A DNA stretch of 64,000 nt from Candidatus Binatia bacterium (GCA_963664015.2 CAXXLF010000002.1:1568001-1632000), one strand, 5' to 3'. Shown: positions 40,220 to 50,488, numbered from the stretch's first letter. Notes: generated by a model from the sequence alone, not told the origin. Translations and numbers: made by a program.

Positions 40220-40586
40220 CTACTCGCCGATGATTTTCACCAGGACGCGCTTTCGCCGGCGGCCGTCGAATTCCCCGTAAAAGATCTGTTCCCAGGGCCC
40301 GAAATCCAACCGGCCTCCGGTTGCCGCAACGACCACTTCACGTCCCATGACCTGGCGCTTCATATGGGCGTCAGCGTTGTCTTCGCCGGTGTCGTTGTGC
40401 CGATACTGGCCGATGGGTTCACGAGGCGCCATTTCCTCAAGGCACCGGGCATAGTCCTGATGCAGGCCTGACTCATTGTCGTTGATAAACACCGACACGG
40501 TAATATGCATCGCGTTGACGAGCACCGGCCCATCCTGCACACCGCGTGGGCTTGTTAAACTAAAGTTCCTGCCTGTAGCTCTTCAC
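40220..40586 (-). pseudogene. yjbQ: YjbQ/UPF0047 protein with 5' nonsense codon and deletion
   Basis: [14 protein letters not shown] joined directly to NAMHIT...EDNADAH...[13 protein letters not shown]. Confidence 0.8.
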
Positions 40587-40595
40587 AGCACCGCC

Positions 40596-41218
40596 CTATC
40601 CTTGATGTTCTCCCCGGATCTCCTTGAGGCGCCGATCGCGGCCGCACGAGTAGCGGTAGATGGCGTATCGAATGGGGGTTTTCCGATAGTAGTCCTAGTG
40701 ATACTCCTCTGCCTTGTAGAACTCGGTGGCCTGAGCGATTTCAACCACGATGGGCACGTCGAAGCGTCCCGAACCCTGCAGCGCCTTTTTGGACTTTTCA
40801 GCTAAGGCCTTCTGCTCTGCGTCGTTATAGAAAATACCGGGGCGATACTGACTGCCAGCATCACAGAACTGTCGGTTTGCCGTAAACGGATCGATGTTGA
40901 TCCAGAAGACCTCAAGCAGTTTTGCGTAGCCGATCTTTTTCGGGTTGCAACGGACTTGAACCGCCTCCGTGTGCCCAGTACCGCCCCTGGATACCTCCTC
41001 ATACGTGGGGACTTTCTGATGACCGCCGGTATAACCGGAGGTCGTCGAGAGCACCCCGTCCAGTTCGTCAAAGGGTGCTCCATGCACCAGAAGCAGCCGC
41101 CGCCAAAGGTCGCAGTCGCAATTGGACCAGAACTCGCATCTCGGCCGCCTGCACCGTGACCGTTCGCCACCCACGCCACAAGCAGCAGGCAAATAAGGGA
41201 TGTAATTTTAAGAACCAT
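40596..41218 (-). pseudogene. msrA: Peptide methionine sulfoxide reductase MsrA, disrupted
   Basis: GGGCFWCME, frameshift, GYTGG...GHTEAV and AEEYH*DYY (TAG in place of Gln). Confidence 0.88.
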
Positions 41219-41242
41219 AAGGGATCGTGTAACTCTTGCTCG

Positions 41243-42094
41243 CTACAGGAGTCCTTCCCCGGTGGCTACGCAACGGAACCCGAAGTAGGCATGGCCCGAC
41301 TGGGCCCGCCAAGGGTCAACCACCTCTCTTGCCGTGGCCATAAGCCCGTCGGCCTCGCTTGACGCGTCCCCCCCCCGGGCGACGATAGACCCCCCGGTGG
41401 AAAGCTCCTCGCGGCCATCCTTGGGGTCGTAGGGATAGGGTCGAAAGAGAGACCGGGTCCATTCCCAAACCTGCCCCGCCATATCGAGTACTCCATAGGG
41501 ACTTGCCCCCGACGGATATTGCCCTACAGGCACGGTTTCACCCCGATAGCCATCGATAAAAGCCAGGTTCAGGCTTGGGGGATCATTCCCCCAGGGGTAG
41601 AGCCGTTGGTCCTGCCCCCGAGCGGCCTTCTCCCACTCGGCCTCACTGGGCAGTCGTTTGCCTACCGACTGGCAATAGACAGCCGCGCCATACAAGCTCA
41701 GCTCCGCTGCCGGGTAAGCTTCGAAGCCGGGATCGGGTAGCCAACCGTCTTCGCTTTCATGAATCCGGGCATCTTCATCCTCCACATCCAGGTACATCTC
41801 ACCGCGCGGTCCCCGGGGCCCTTTGGCCCGGATGAGCTTAACGTATTCGCCTACGGTAACAAGATTTTGATCGATGTAAAAAGAAGGCAAGAAGACCGTG
41901 TGCGCCGGACCTTCGTCCGGCGGACCACCATCCCGCCCCATGCTAAAGGGTCCGGCGGGGATCAAGACCATCCCTCCATATGGGCCGCTCGGCGACGAAG
42001 CCTGCCCTGACGCCGCCCGGGTAAAGGCGAAGCTGTACGCCCCGACAACCATCCAGAAGACAAAGAACAGGGAAACTCTTCGTACCTTAGGCAT
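41243..42094 (-). CDS. Formylglycine-generating enzyme (SUMF1/FGE-sulfatase) domain protein
   Basis: RLPSEAEWEKAARG, YPWG, DMAGQVWEW and GFRC; N-terminal signal-like segment. Confidence 0.88.
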   Translation of the reverse strand: MPKVRRVSLFFVFWMVVGAYSFAFTRAASGQASSPSGPYGGMVLIPAGPFSMGRDGGPPDEGPAHTVFLPSFYIDQNLVTVGEYVKLIRAKGPRGPRGEMYLDVEDEDARIHESEDGWLPDPGFEAYPAAELSLYGAAVYCQSVGKRLPSEAEWEKAARGQDQRLYPWGNDPPSLNLAFIDGYRGETVPVGQYPSGASPYGVLDMAGQVWEWTRSLFRPYPYDPKDGREELSTGGSIVARGGDASSEADGLMATAREVVDPWRAQSGHAYFGFRCVATGEGLL

Positions 42095-42174
42095 GTCCCT
42101 TTCTCTTCCATCACAATGAAGAATTCAAGCCCATTCTGATCCCAATCTGGTTGAATTGAGTCGATGCGAAGACT

Positions 42175-42700
42175 ATGATTTGCAGGCCCTATCCAAAGTC
42201 AGTTCGTCGGGAGGTGCCGCGTATCGAAGTTGAAGACAAGGTCGCGGGTAAGACTCTCTACGCAGCCGATCTTACCAGACCGGAGGTCCTCTGGGCTCAG
42301 GTTCTTAGGAGTCCTATCCCCCACGGCCGAATAGTCAAGGTCAACGTCACGCGGGCCAGTAACGCCCCCGGTGTCCACGCAGTCCTATCGAGCGCCGATT
42401 TGGCGCCAATCCTTTACGTACCAAGGGCAGGTGGATGGCGGCGTCATTACGGGTCTGGGCCTTGCACTGATGGAGGAAACCCCTATGGTTGACGGTCACA
42501 TATCGACCGCAAATCTGGGAGAATTCAAAATCCCCACCTCTTATGGATGTCCCCAAGTTAACCACCGTCCTGATCGAGAGTCCCACGGGGCCGCGCCCTT
42601 CAAAGACAAGGCCATTGCCGACGCGATTGGGGTCCGTCTATTCGAACTGCCGTTAACGGCCGAAAAAATTTACTGGGCACTCAAACAAACTCAAGATTGA
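42175..42700 (+). pseudogene. Xanthine dehydrogenase family molybdopterin subunit remnant
   Basis: N-terminal KVAG...LRSPIPHGRI fused to C-terminal GQVDGG...GLALMEE...AIADAIGVR...LPLTAEKI; most of the gene is deleted. Confidence 0.8.
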
Positions 42701-42775
42701 TCAGACTGATCCCCCTCCCCGGCGCTCCAACTTAAACGTCAAGTCGTGAAATCTTGGGCTCGACGCCGTTCTTGG

Positions 42776-43646
42776 TTAACCGGCCAGGGCCCGTGAGAGC
42801 AATATGGCACCCACAAAGAAAAATACAACCGAAAGAAAAAGCTTCATCTTCTCGCCATCCACCCGGTTGTTGATGAAAGGAGAAACCTGCCCTCACAATA
42901 CGACGGCGGGAATCGTCATAAAGAGTACGTTCCAATGGACGCTCGCCTCCACGGAAGAGAAGACATAGGCATGGACCAGGGGCGCCGGTAGAACGGTTGC
43001 AAAGACGATTAAGATCCCCGTCCCCACAGCGACCCGGACCGGCAATCGATGACGCACAATGAGGCTCGTCGTAGTCAGCTCGCCGATGCCGATTCCGGTA
43101 AAGCCAACCAGAACCCCACCCGCTATGGACCAGAGGATACCGAAGGGACCGTGATCATAGCGATACCAGTAGCCCCGCCCTAGCGCGTCAACCCGGGTCG
43201 GTGATCCTTTGCCTGGAACTCCTTCCTCCCGATTGGATTTACCTTTCAGGAAGGTTACCAGGACGGTTGCCGAGAGCAGGAGCATCATCAAGCCTAATAA
43301 ACCCAGGATCAGGTTCGCTGGGATCCTATGAGCTAGTAATCCAACCCCCATGGCCACCGGAATTGAAACCGGCAATACCTTTTGGGCGATTTGGAGATCC
43401 ACTAAATTGCGGCGCAAATAGCCGAGCAGTGCGCTACCGAAGCCAAATACTTCAATCGCTAGGGCGAGGAAACCCGCTTCAATTAGGTGAGATCGTGACA
43501 TCGGCGATCAAAGGAAATAGAAGGATGAAATTGGGGGAAAAGAAATCCGCGCCTTCCACGCTGGAACTGGTAGCCATCAAGCAAACGCAGAAAGCCACGG
43601 GGAACATCCACCAAAACTCAAAGACGTAAACGGGTACAGGTCTCAT
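42776..43646 (-). pseudogene. TauE/SafE sulfite exporter family protein, disrupted
   Basis: EVFGFGS, GIGIGEL and VAVGTG motifs; frameshift near 43485 and in-frame TGA at 42893. Confidence 0.75.
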
Positions 43647-43792
43647 CTTCTCCGAACGAAAGGAATCCAAGGTACTCCCCATCTGAAACAAAGCCAAGAA
43701 CGCCCTCCCTCGATCCCAAAGGGTCTTTAAAACAGTCGCTTAAGACTTAAGGATTGCAATGCCCCACGCCGCCCTATAACTTTTGAAGAGCC

Positions 43793-44515
43793 ATGTGGCA
43801 ACCTGTCGAACCTAATAAGGCATCAACGGTGGTCCTGCTGCGCCCGCAGGATCATGGAAAATTTGAGGTCCTTATGACGCGGCGCCCTGCGAAGATGAAG
43901 TTCCTTGGGGGATACTACGTCTTCCCGGGCGGCAGCCTTCGTAAGCGTGATCACTCGGAGGCCATGTTCGACCGTTGCCGAGGCGTTTCCCCCCAACAGG
44001 CCCGGGATATCCTCGGAAACCAACTCAGTCCGGAGATTTCACTTGCCCATTGGGTAGCTGCTATTCGCGAGCTGTTTGAAGAAGCGGGGATCCTTCTCGC
44101 CGTCACGGAGACAGGGGAGCTACTGGACCTGAGCCAGGGGGATGAGAAAGAGCGTTTGGACCAGAAACGCCGGGCCCTGGTGAAAGGGGAGTTGGACTTC
44201 CCGTCGTTGCTAGAGTCCGAGGGACTGTACTGTGACGCTGGAAAGGCAGTCTTTTTCTATCACCGCGTTACGCCCGAAATCTACTCCATGCGATTCGACA
44301 CCCGCTTTTACCTCGCCCAGCTCCCCTCAGGTCAAACGCCTCTATCTTCTTCCGAAGAAGTAGACGATAGCGTCTGGATCACACCTGAGCAGGCGCTCGA
44401 GTCCTGTAACCGGGGTGAGTTTCCCCTCATCCCTCCTACAACCACCTCGCTTGAGATCCTTGACAAATTCGATTCCTGGAAAGAACTCCGCTCCGAATAC
44501 CGGTTACTTGAGTAG
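43793..44515 (+). CDS. NUDIX hydrolase (Nudt19-like)
   Basis: YVFPGG, AAIRELFEEAG, RFDTRFY and PPT motifs. Confidence 0.88.
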   Translation: MWQPVEPNKASTVVLLRPQDHGKFEVLMTRRPAKMKFLGGYYVFPGGSLRKRDHSEAMFDRCRGVSPQQARDILGNQLSPEISLAHWVAAIRELFEEAGILLAVTETGELLDLSQGDEKERLDQKRRALVKGELDFPSLLESEGLYCDAGKAVFFYHRVTPEIYSMRFDTRFYLAQLPSGQTPLSSSEEVDDSVWITPEQALESCNRGEFPLIPPTTTSLEILDKFDSWKELRSEYRLLE

Positions 44516-44553
44516 CCTACAGACATCTCCCATGGAGGCCCAATTAGCGAACA

Positions 44554-45429
44554 ATGAATCCATTGTCGGAAATCCCCTTACGAAGAGCAACCGAACGCGA
44601 GGTCGCCGAGGAATGGGAACTGGTCCTCATCGCCGAGGGATTTTCACCCAAGGTTTGGCCCGACGGGGAGGGTTTTGTCGTTGGTGTGCCCAGTGACCAG
44701 GTCGAACGAGCCCAAGGGTCGCTCTCTGCCTATGAGAGGGAAAACCCGATTCAGCCTCCTCAAGAAATAGCCCCGGCAAGCATTTCTTATCCCATCACCG
44801 GGATCGTTGTTGCAGGCGCACTTTTGGTTTTCTTTTTTATCACTGGACCACCGGCACTGGACAATCCTTGGTTTGAAGGGGGGAGTTCCGACGCGGGGCA
44901 AATTCTCCACGGTGAACTATGGCGCTCAGTCACGGCTCTGACCTTGCACAGTGACATCGCCCATGTCTTGGCTAATTCGGCAGCCCTGGCTCTGTTCCTC
45001 ACCGGCCTGTGCAGCTCGTTGGGGCCTGGGATCGCTGGCGCGTTGATCTTGATTGCGGGAGTAACCGGCAATCTGACAAACGCCTGGGTTCATGGCCCCT
45101 ATCATCTCTCCATAGGTGCCTCCACGGCTGTCTTTGGCGCCGTGGGTCTACTGGGAGGAATCCGTGCCACGGGTTCCTATCCCGGGAGCCGGCGGCGCCA
45201 TCGTTTTTGGATACCCTTGGGGGCTTCGCTGGCACTCCTGGCCATGCTCGGCACTAACGGGCCCCCTATTGACTTTTGGGGGCACTTCTTCGGTCTCCTA
45301 GCCGGATCCCTGGTCGGAATCGCCACAGCCCCTCTCCTACCCCGTCCTCCGAGACCCATGATCCAATGGGCAGCCGGGTTCAGCTCTATTGTGGCTCTAG
45401 CCGTGTCGTGGTCTTTTGCCCTTCGGTGA
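44554..45429 (+). CDS. Rhomboid family intramembrane serine protease
   Basis: WRSVTALTLH...HVLAN, GAS catalytic Ser and GHFFG catalytic His. Confidence 0.88.
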   Translation: MNPLSEIPLRRATEREVAEEWELVLIAEGFSPKVWPDGEGFVVGVPSDQVERAQGSLSAYERENPIQPPQEIAPASISYPITGIVVAGALLVFFFITGPPALDNPWFEGGSSDAGQILHGELWRSVTALTLHSDIAHVLANSAALALFLTGLCSSLGPGIAGALILIAGVTGNLTNAWVHGPYHLSIGASTAVFGAVGLLGGIRATGSYPGSRRRHRFWIPLGASLALLAMLGTNGPPIDFWGHFFGLLAGSLVGIATAPLLPRPPRPMIQWAAGFSSIVALAVSWSFALR

Positions 45430-45550
45430 ACCAACCGGCGCCGGTTGATCGCGATCTCATTTCATTGCTATGGTGAGCTCGCGATATGCGCCGCTGACCA
45501 TCGGTTCGCAGCCCCTATGGGAAACCGCAGGGACGAATTCAATCTTACAA

Positions 45551-46606
45551 ATGGAAACCTCCGACACTAAAAACCAGCGTACCGAGCCCATCCCGGCATC
45601 TCAGTGGGAGGACTGGCCTGACGAGAAACTTCTCGACTTGCGACTGTGCGATCTCGATCTTCACATCGAGGGAACCGACGTGGAGAAACAAATCCATCAG
45701 CTCTATAGTGAGCTGGAAGGCAAGGGACTCGGCTTTCGCCCCCACGTCTGGCTTTCCAGTGAATGGTTCAGTCCTGACGGTGTCCCCGGAATTGCCATTC
45801 CCTTTTACATGGCCCACCCGCGGCTAACACGGCTGGAACTGAGCCAGATGTTTGAAGTCGAGGGAGGAACTTCCGATTGGTGCATGCGGATCCTACGCCA
45901 CGAGACAGGACATGCCATTGAAAACGCCTACCAGTTGCGTAGACAACGTCGGCGGCAACAGCTGTTTGGAAAATCATCGGAGGACTATCCGGACTACTAC
46001 ACCCCAAAGCCCTACAGTAAAAGTTTCGTCCTGCATCTCGATTCATGGTATGCTCAGAGCCACCCCGACGAGGACTTTGCGGAGACCTTCGCTATTTGGC
46101 TTCATCCCGAATCCATGTGGCGGGAGCGCTATGCCAATTGGCCCGCGCTCAAGAAACTCGAGTATATGCACAGTCTCATGCAGGAGATCGCTCACCAAGA
46201 ACCCCGGGTAAACTCAAAGAGGCGCGTGGAGCCCATCTCACAGCTGCACAAGACCCTGCGCCGACACTACCGGAACAAACGCGAGCACTACGGGCTGGAA
46301 TACCCACACTTTTACGACCGTGACCTGAGGAGGCTGTTCTCAGCCGCCCCCGAGTACCGCGGCAACATAACAGCGGCTTCCTTTTTAGGACGAATTCGCC
46401 GGGAGGTCAGGCGTAAGGTAGCCAACTGGACCGGTGAATACCAGTACACCATTGATCAGGTCCTCCACGACATGATCGACCGCTCGCGGGAGCTCGAACT
46501 TCGCCTGACAGGCACCGAGGAACAGACGAAACTGGACTTTATGGTGCTCCTGACGATACAGACCATGAACTACCTCCACAGCGGGAGGCATCGAATGGCG
46601 CTATGA
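45551..46606 (+). CDS. Putative zinc-binding metallopeptidase (zincin-like)
   Basis: LRHETGH (HExxH) and YAQSHPDEDFAETFA motifs. Confidence 0.85.
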   Translation: METSDTKNQRTEPIPASQWEDWPDEKLLDLRLCDLDLHIEGTDVEKQIHQLYSELEGKGLGFRPHVWLSSEWFSPDGVPGIAIPFYMAHPRLTRLELSQMFEVEGGTSDWCMRILRHETGHAIENAYQLRRQRRRQQLFGKSSEDYPDYYTPKPYSKSFVLHLDSWYAQSHPDEDFAETFAIWLHPESMWRERYANWPALKKLEYMHSLMQEIAHQEPRVNSKRRVEPISQLHKTLRRHYRNKREHYGLEYPHFYDRDLRRLFSAAPEYRGNITAASFLGRIRREVRRKVANWTGEYQYTIDQVLHDMIDRSRELELRLTGTEEQTKLDFMVLLTIQTMNYLHSGRHRMAL

Positions 46607-47628
46607 AAAAGCTCCGCGTCATGGTGTTGATGCACGAGGACCTGGTGCCTCCTGACGATGCTGCTGGAGTGGATCTGACCACGGTAGAGTGGAAGACCGA
46701 GTACAACGTGGTGTCGACGCTGCGCCGTATTGGGCACGAGGTGCTGCCCGTTGGGGTCCGCAGCGATCTGGAAACCATTCACAAGACCGTCAACGAGTGG
46801 AAACCCCACATCGCCTTTAATCTTCTCGAAGAGTTCGATGGGGTCGCCGTTTACGATCAAAACGTAATCGGGTATCTGGAGCTGCTGGGCCTTCCCTATA
46901 CGGGTTGCAACCCCAGGGGTCTGATGCTTGCTCGAGACAAGGGTTTGTCCAAACAGATCTTGACCTACCACCGGATTCTGTGTCCCGAGTTCGCCTTTTT
47001 CCCCATGGGGCGGCAGGTCAGGAGAAACAAGCGCCTTGAGTATCCCCTCATCGTAAAGTCCGTATCCCAGGAGGCATCTCTAGGTATTTCCCAGGCCTCT
47101 ATCGTTGACGACGATGACAAACTGCGCGAGCGGGTGGCCTTCATTCATAACAGCATCGGCACCGACGCCATCGCTGAGCGCTATATCGAGGGACGGGAAC
47201 TCTACGTGGGGGTGATGGGAAATATGCGGTTGCGGGTGTTTCCCGTTTGGGAGCTTATATTCGGTGAAAAACTTCCCGACGAAGTACGCCCCATCGCCAC
47301 CGCACGGGTAAAATGGAACTTCAAATATCAGGAAAAATACGACATCTATTCGGGACCAGCCGAAAATCTCCCCAACGGGATAACGGAAAAGATCCAACAT
47401 GTGGCCAAACGCATATACCGCGCCCTGCACTTGAGCGGGTATGCCCGGATCGATCTGCGCATGGATAAGGATGGCAGGTTCTATGTCCTGGAAGCCAATC
47501 CGAACCCTGAAGTCGCCTTTGGCGAGGATTTCGCCGAGTCAGCCCATCAAGACGGTATCCCCTATGAGGACCTACTGCAGCGGATTCTTAATCTGGGCCG
47601 CCAATGGGTCCCCGACCGGCTCGGTTAA
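46603..47628 (+). CDS. ATP-grasp ligase (D-Ala-D-Ala ligase-like)
   Basis: PYTGC, DK, IVK...ASLGIS, ERYIEGRE, GYARIDLR and LEANPNP; ATGA overlap with the peptidase stop. Confidence 0.88.
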   Translation: MKKLRVMVLMHEDLVPPDDAAGVDLTTVEWKTEYNVVSTLRRIGHEVLPVGVRSDLETIHKTVNEWKPHIAFNLLEEFDGVAVYDQNVIGYLELLGLPYTGCNPRGLMLARDKGLSKQILTYHRILCPEFAFFPMGRQVRRNKRLEYPLIVKSVSQEASLGISQASIVDDDDKLRERVAFIHNSIGTDAIAERYIEGRELYVGVMGNMRLRVFPVWELIFGEKLPDEVRPIATARVKWNFKYQEKYDIYSGPAENLPNGITEKIQHVAKRIYRALHLSGYARIDLRMDKDGRFYVLEANPNPEVAFGEDFAESAHQDGIPYEDLLQRILNLGRQWVPDRLG

Positions 47629-47758
47629 CGCTGCCCAATCTACCGGTTGCAAGCAGAGGGAAGAAAAGCTACAGATGAGGCTAGCCAGGCCAAATTGGCC
47701 CGGCTTTGCTTTTATTTCGTATTTTGCGACTTTATATTTTACCCCGGAGGCCCGGTTC

Positions 47759-48895
47759 ATGCTTGTTAAGATGGCTCAAGGAGCCACCCCCGAACAGATA
47801 GTAGCCGTGGAGAAGAAACTCCACGAATGGGGCTATAAAACCGGCAAGATGGAGGGTGAGGAGATCACCTTGATCGGGGCCTATGGGGATATCACCCAAC
47901 TTCCGCAAGGGGAACTTCGGGAGATGGGCGGCGTTGAAAGGCTGATTCCGATCTCACGCTCCTACAAGCGGGCCGCCCAGAAGGGTTCCCCGGGAAATCC
48001 CATCTACCGAACCGTCACCATCGGAAACCTAGACGTCGGTGGCGATGACCTGACCGTAGTGGCCGGCCCATGCTCCGTGGAAAGCGAATCCCAGGTGATG
48101 GAAGCGGCCCGTATCGTTAAAGAGTCCGGGGCCCAGGCCCTTAGAGGTGGAGTTGTCAAATACCGTTCGAGCCCTTACAGCGGATGGGAAGGGATTGGTT
48201 CGACCTCAGGGGAAGCGTTACGCAACGGTTTGAAACTCATCGCACAAGCGGGCAGGGAATTTGGCCTCCCGACGGTAGTTGAGGTACTCGACCCAGCCGA
48301 CGTCTCGATCTACGAAGATATGGGAATCGATTGCATCCAGGTCGGTGAACCCAACTCGAAGAACCAGGCGCTGCTTAACCGGCTGCGCGAGACGCCCCTC
48401 CCGGTAATCCACAAACGAGGCAACTCACTGGATATCGAGGCTTATCTGCTCTGGGTGGAGCGAATCATGGCTACGGGCAAAGAGAATGTCATTCTCTGTG
48501 AACGCGGCGTCTTCAGCGCTAACAAATACACCCGCAACACACTGGACCTTGGCGGCATCGCCGCCCTACGCCACCAGCTTTCGTGCCTCCCCGTCGGAGT
48601 GGACGCCTCCCACGGTACCGGCATACGGGACCTGGTTCATTCCATGACCCTGGCCGGTATCATGGCGGGAGCTTCCCTTGTGCTGATCGAGGCCCATCCC
48701 AACCCGCTCATTGCTAAATCCGACGGTTTTCAGGGTCTGTTCCCCGAGCAGCTATTGCACCTGGTTAACGCCTGCAAAGAGGTTTGGAAGCTCCGCACGC
48801 GGATCGATTCGCTTTACGTACCAAGCGCAAAACTAGAGCATGAATACGAGGCTCGGATCCCAAGCGATAAAAAACGATTCTTCGGCGCAGCGTAA
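47759..48895 (+). CDS. Type I-beta DAHP synthase-like protein with N-terminal ACT-like domain, divergent
   Basis: AGPCSVE, LRGG, KRG, LCERG, RNTLD, DASH, EAHP and SDG retained; KPRT is KYRS and GARN is GEPN. Confidence 0.8.
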   Translation: MLVKMAQGATPEQIVAVEKKLHEWGYKTGKMEGEEITLIGAYGDITQLPQGELREMGGVERLIPISRSYKRAAQKGSPGNPIYRTVTIGNLDVGGDDLTVVAGPCSVESESQVMEAARIVKESGAQALRGGVVKYRSSPYSGWEGIGSTSGEALRNGLKLIAQAGREFGLPTVVEVLDPADVSIYEDMGIDCIQVGEPNSKNQALLNRLRETPLPVIHKRGNSLDIEAYLLWVERIMATGKENVILCERGVFSANKYTRNTLDLGGIAALRHQLSCLPVGVDASHGTGIRDLVHSMTLAGIMAGASLVLIEAHPNPLIAKSDGFQGLFPEQLLHLVNACKEVWKLRTRIDSLYVPSAKLEHEYEARIPSDKKRFFGAA

Positions 48896-48906
48896 ACGCC
48901 CTTCTT

Positions 48907-49173
48907 TTGAACCGGCGGCCCCGAGCCGTCCATGGAGCAGACGCTTCATTGGTATTAGCGGGGATCACCCATGCCCGGGGTGTGGACCTCTTTATTTGCG
49001 AGTGCACCTTCTTCGATGGGGAAGACCCCAGCCATATGACCTACCAGCAGATTAGAGACAAGCTGCCGCACCTGGAGAGCAAGAAAATCGTCCTGACCCA
49101 CATGGGTCGAGAGATGCTGGCTCACAGAAACGACATCCCATTGGAAACGGCCAAAGACGGCATGGTGGTGTAG
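48907..49173 (+). pseudogene. C-terminal remnant of an MBL-fold (RNase Z-like) hydrolase
   Basis: DLFICECTF...SH...KIVLTHMG...AKDG; the N-terminal HxHxDH part is absent. Confidence 0.65.
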
Positions 49174-49246
49174 TTCTAAACGATCGTGCTAGCATCTTTG
49201 GCATCCCCTGTTACAGGAAACATCGGGTGGAACTCGTGGAGGCCTC

Positions 49247-50140
49247 ATGGAAATAATCAAAGCTAGTTTTCAGGACGTTAAGGGAATTCCGCCCAGCGGG
49301 CTGTGCGTCGGAGTGCATCGGGCAGGGGCCATTCATACAAATATGCTAAAAAAATACGGTGACGGCATCACGGTCTGGTCCCTCAGGCCCCACCTGGACT
49401 TTGTCGCCTTTAAAAAGGAGGGATTGGGGGAAAAGGGGATCCGGGCCACCAGCGACATGGAGTCCATAGAGGGGGAGAAGCTCATCTATGGGGTGCGCGG
49501 AGCTCCTCCGGAGATTCGCCGCAAGGCCGAGGAACGAGGGCTCCAGTTGCTCGCAGACGCCACCTGCCCCTTCGTACTGGAGCAGGAGAAGGCCGAGGTG
49601 GAGTTACTGCAGCAGGGTTTCAACCTGGTGGTTCTTAGCAGCCGCACCCATCACGGGATCCCGCGTCTCGAGGGGATCGCACGGGATGCGGGACGAGAGG
49701 TCTTCGTCGTAGAAAAGGAAAAAGACGTGGATCAGATCCACCTCACCCGCTTCGAGCCAATCGGCGTTATCGTTCAGACAACCTTCTGGATGGAGTCCTA
49801 CAAGACCATCATGGCGCGCATCCTCGACCGCTTTTCCAACGTACGGATCAGGAATACAGCTTGTATCGACTCTTACCAGCGTCTCCCTGAGGTGGAGAAA
49901 CTGGCCAAGCAGGTGGATGCCGTTGTTGTGGTGGGGTGGACCGAGGGGATGACGACACGAATGGTCGAGGTGGCAAGAGCCTTCAACCCCAGTGTCTATA
50001 AGCTGGAGAACGTGGATCATCTCCAAGCCGATTGGTTCTATGGAAAAGAAAAAGTGGGGGTAATCGGGGCCAATGAGACCCCCGACTGGATGGTGGATGA
50101 GGTCATAGAGCGGATAAAATCACTTGGCGAAATCGTTTGA
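49247..50140 (+). CDS. IspH/LytB-fold Fe-S protein, divergent
   Basis: GLCVGV, DATCPFV, QTT, NTAC and TPDW retained; several active-site residues changed. Confidence 0.8.
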   Translation: MEIIKASFQDVKGIPPSGLCVGVHRAGAIHTNMLKKYGDGITVWSLRPHLDFVAFKKEGLGEKGIRATSDMESIEGEKLIYGVRGAPPEIRRKAEERGLQLLADATCPFVLEQEKAEVELLQQGFNLVVLSSRTHHGIPRLEGIARDAGREVFVVEKEKDVDQIHLTRFEPIGVIVQTTFWMESYKTIMARILDRFSNVRIRNTACIDSYQRLPEVEKLAKQVDAVVVVGWTEGMTTRMVEVARAFNPSVYKLENVDHLQADWFYGKEKVGVIGANETPDWMVDEVIERIKSLGEIV

Positions 50141-50206
50141 AATGCTCGGTTAAATTTTGGATTACGGAATAAAGAAAAAAATGACTCGCGCGTAAGAATT
50201 CAGTCT

Positions 50207-50488
50207 ATGCCGAATATTACCTTCATGCCTTCCGGTCAAAGTTTCGAGGTTGAAATGGGAACCACCATTCTCGCTGCCGCTATTCACAACGGTCTTCACC
50301 TGCCGCACGACTGTACCGAGGCGATTTGCGGGACCGACCGGGTCAAGGTCCTGGCCGGTGCCGAGAACCTGAGTGAAAAGAGCGACAACGAAGACCTGAC
50401 ACTGAGCATGTTAAATGCCGATTCAGAGGACCGCCTTGGCTGCGTGGCGCAGATCCTTGGTGAGGTCACCGTTCAAATCCCTTCATAA
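50207..50488 (+). CDS. 2Fe-2S ferredoxin with C-x4-C-x2-D motif
   Basis: TILAAA...HDCTEAICGTDRV...RLGC. Confidence 0.85.
   Translation: MPNITFMPSGQSFEVEMGTTILAAAIHNGLHLPHDCTEAICGTDRVKVLAGAENLSEKSDNEDLTLSMLNADSEDRLGCVAQILGEVTVQIPS

Noticed and set aside
39224-40697. In-frame TAG codons (Rieske, yjbQ, msrA) as pyrrolysine or stop recoding
   Set aside because: The same genes carry frameshifts or deletions, TAA nonsense codons also occur, and many intact genes end in TAG.
42893-42895. In-frame TGA in the tauE-like gene as possible selenocysteine
   Set aside because: It falls at a Gly-like position (VVL-x-GQ) and the gene also has a frameshift.
47441-47758. N-terminal extension of the DAHP synthase-like ORF
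   Set aside because: It overlaps the ATP-grasp gene; family similarity begins at ATG 47759.
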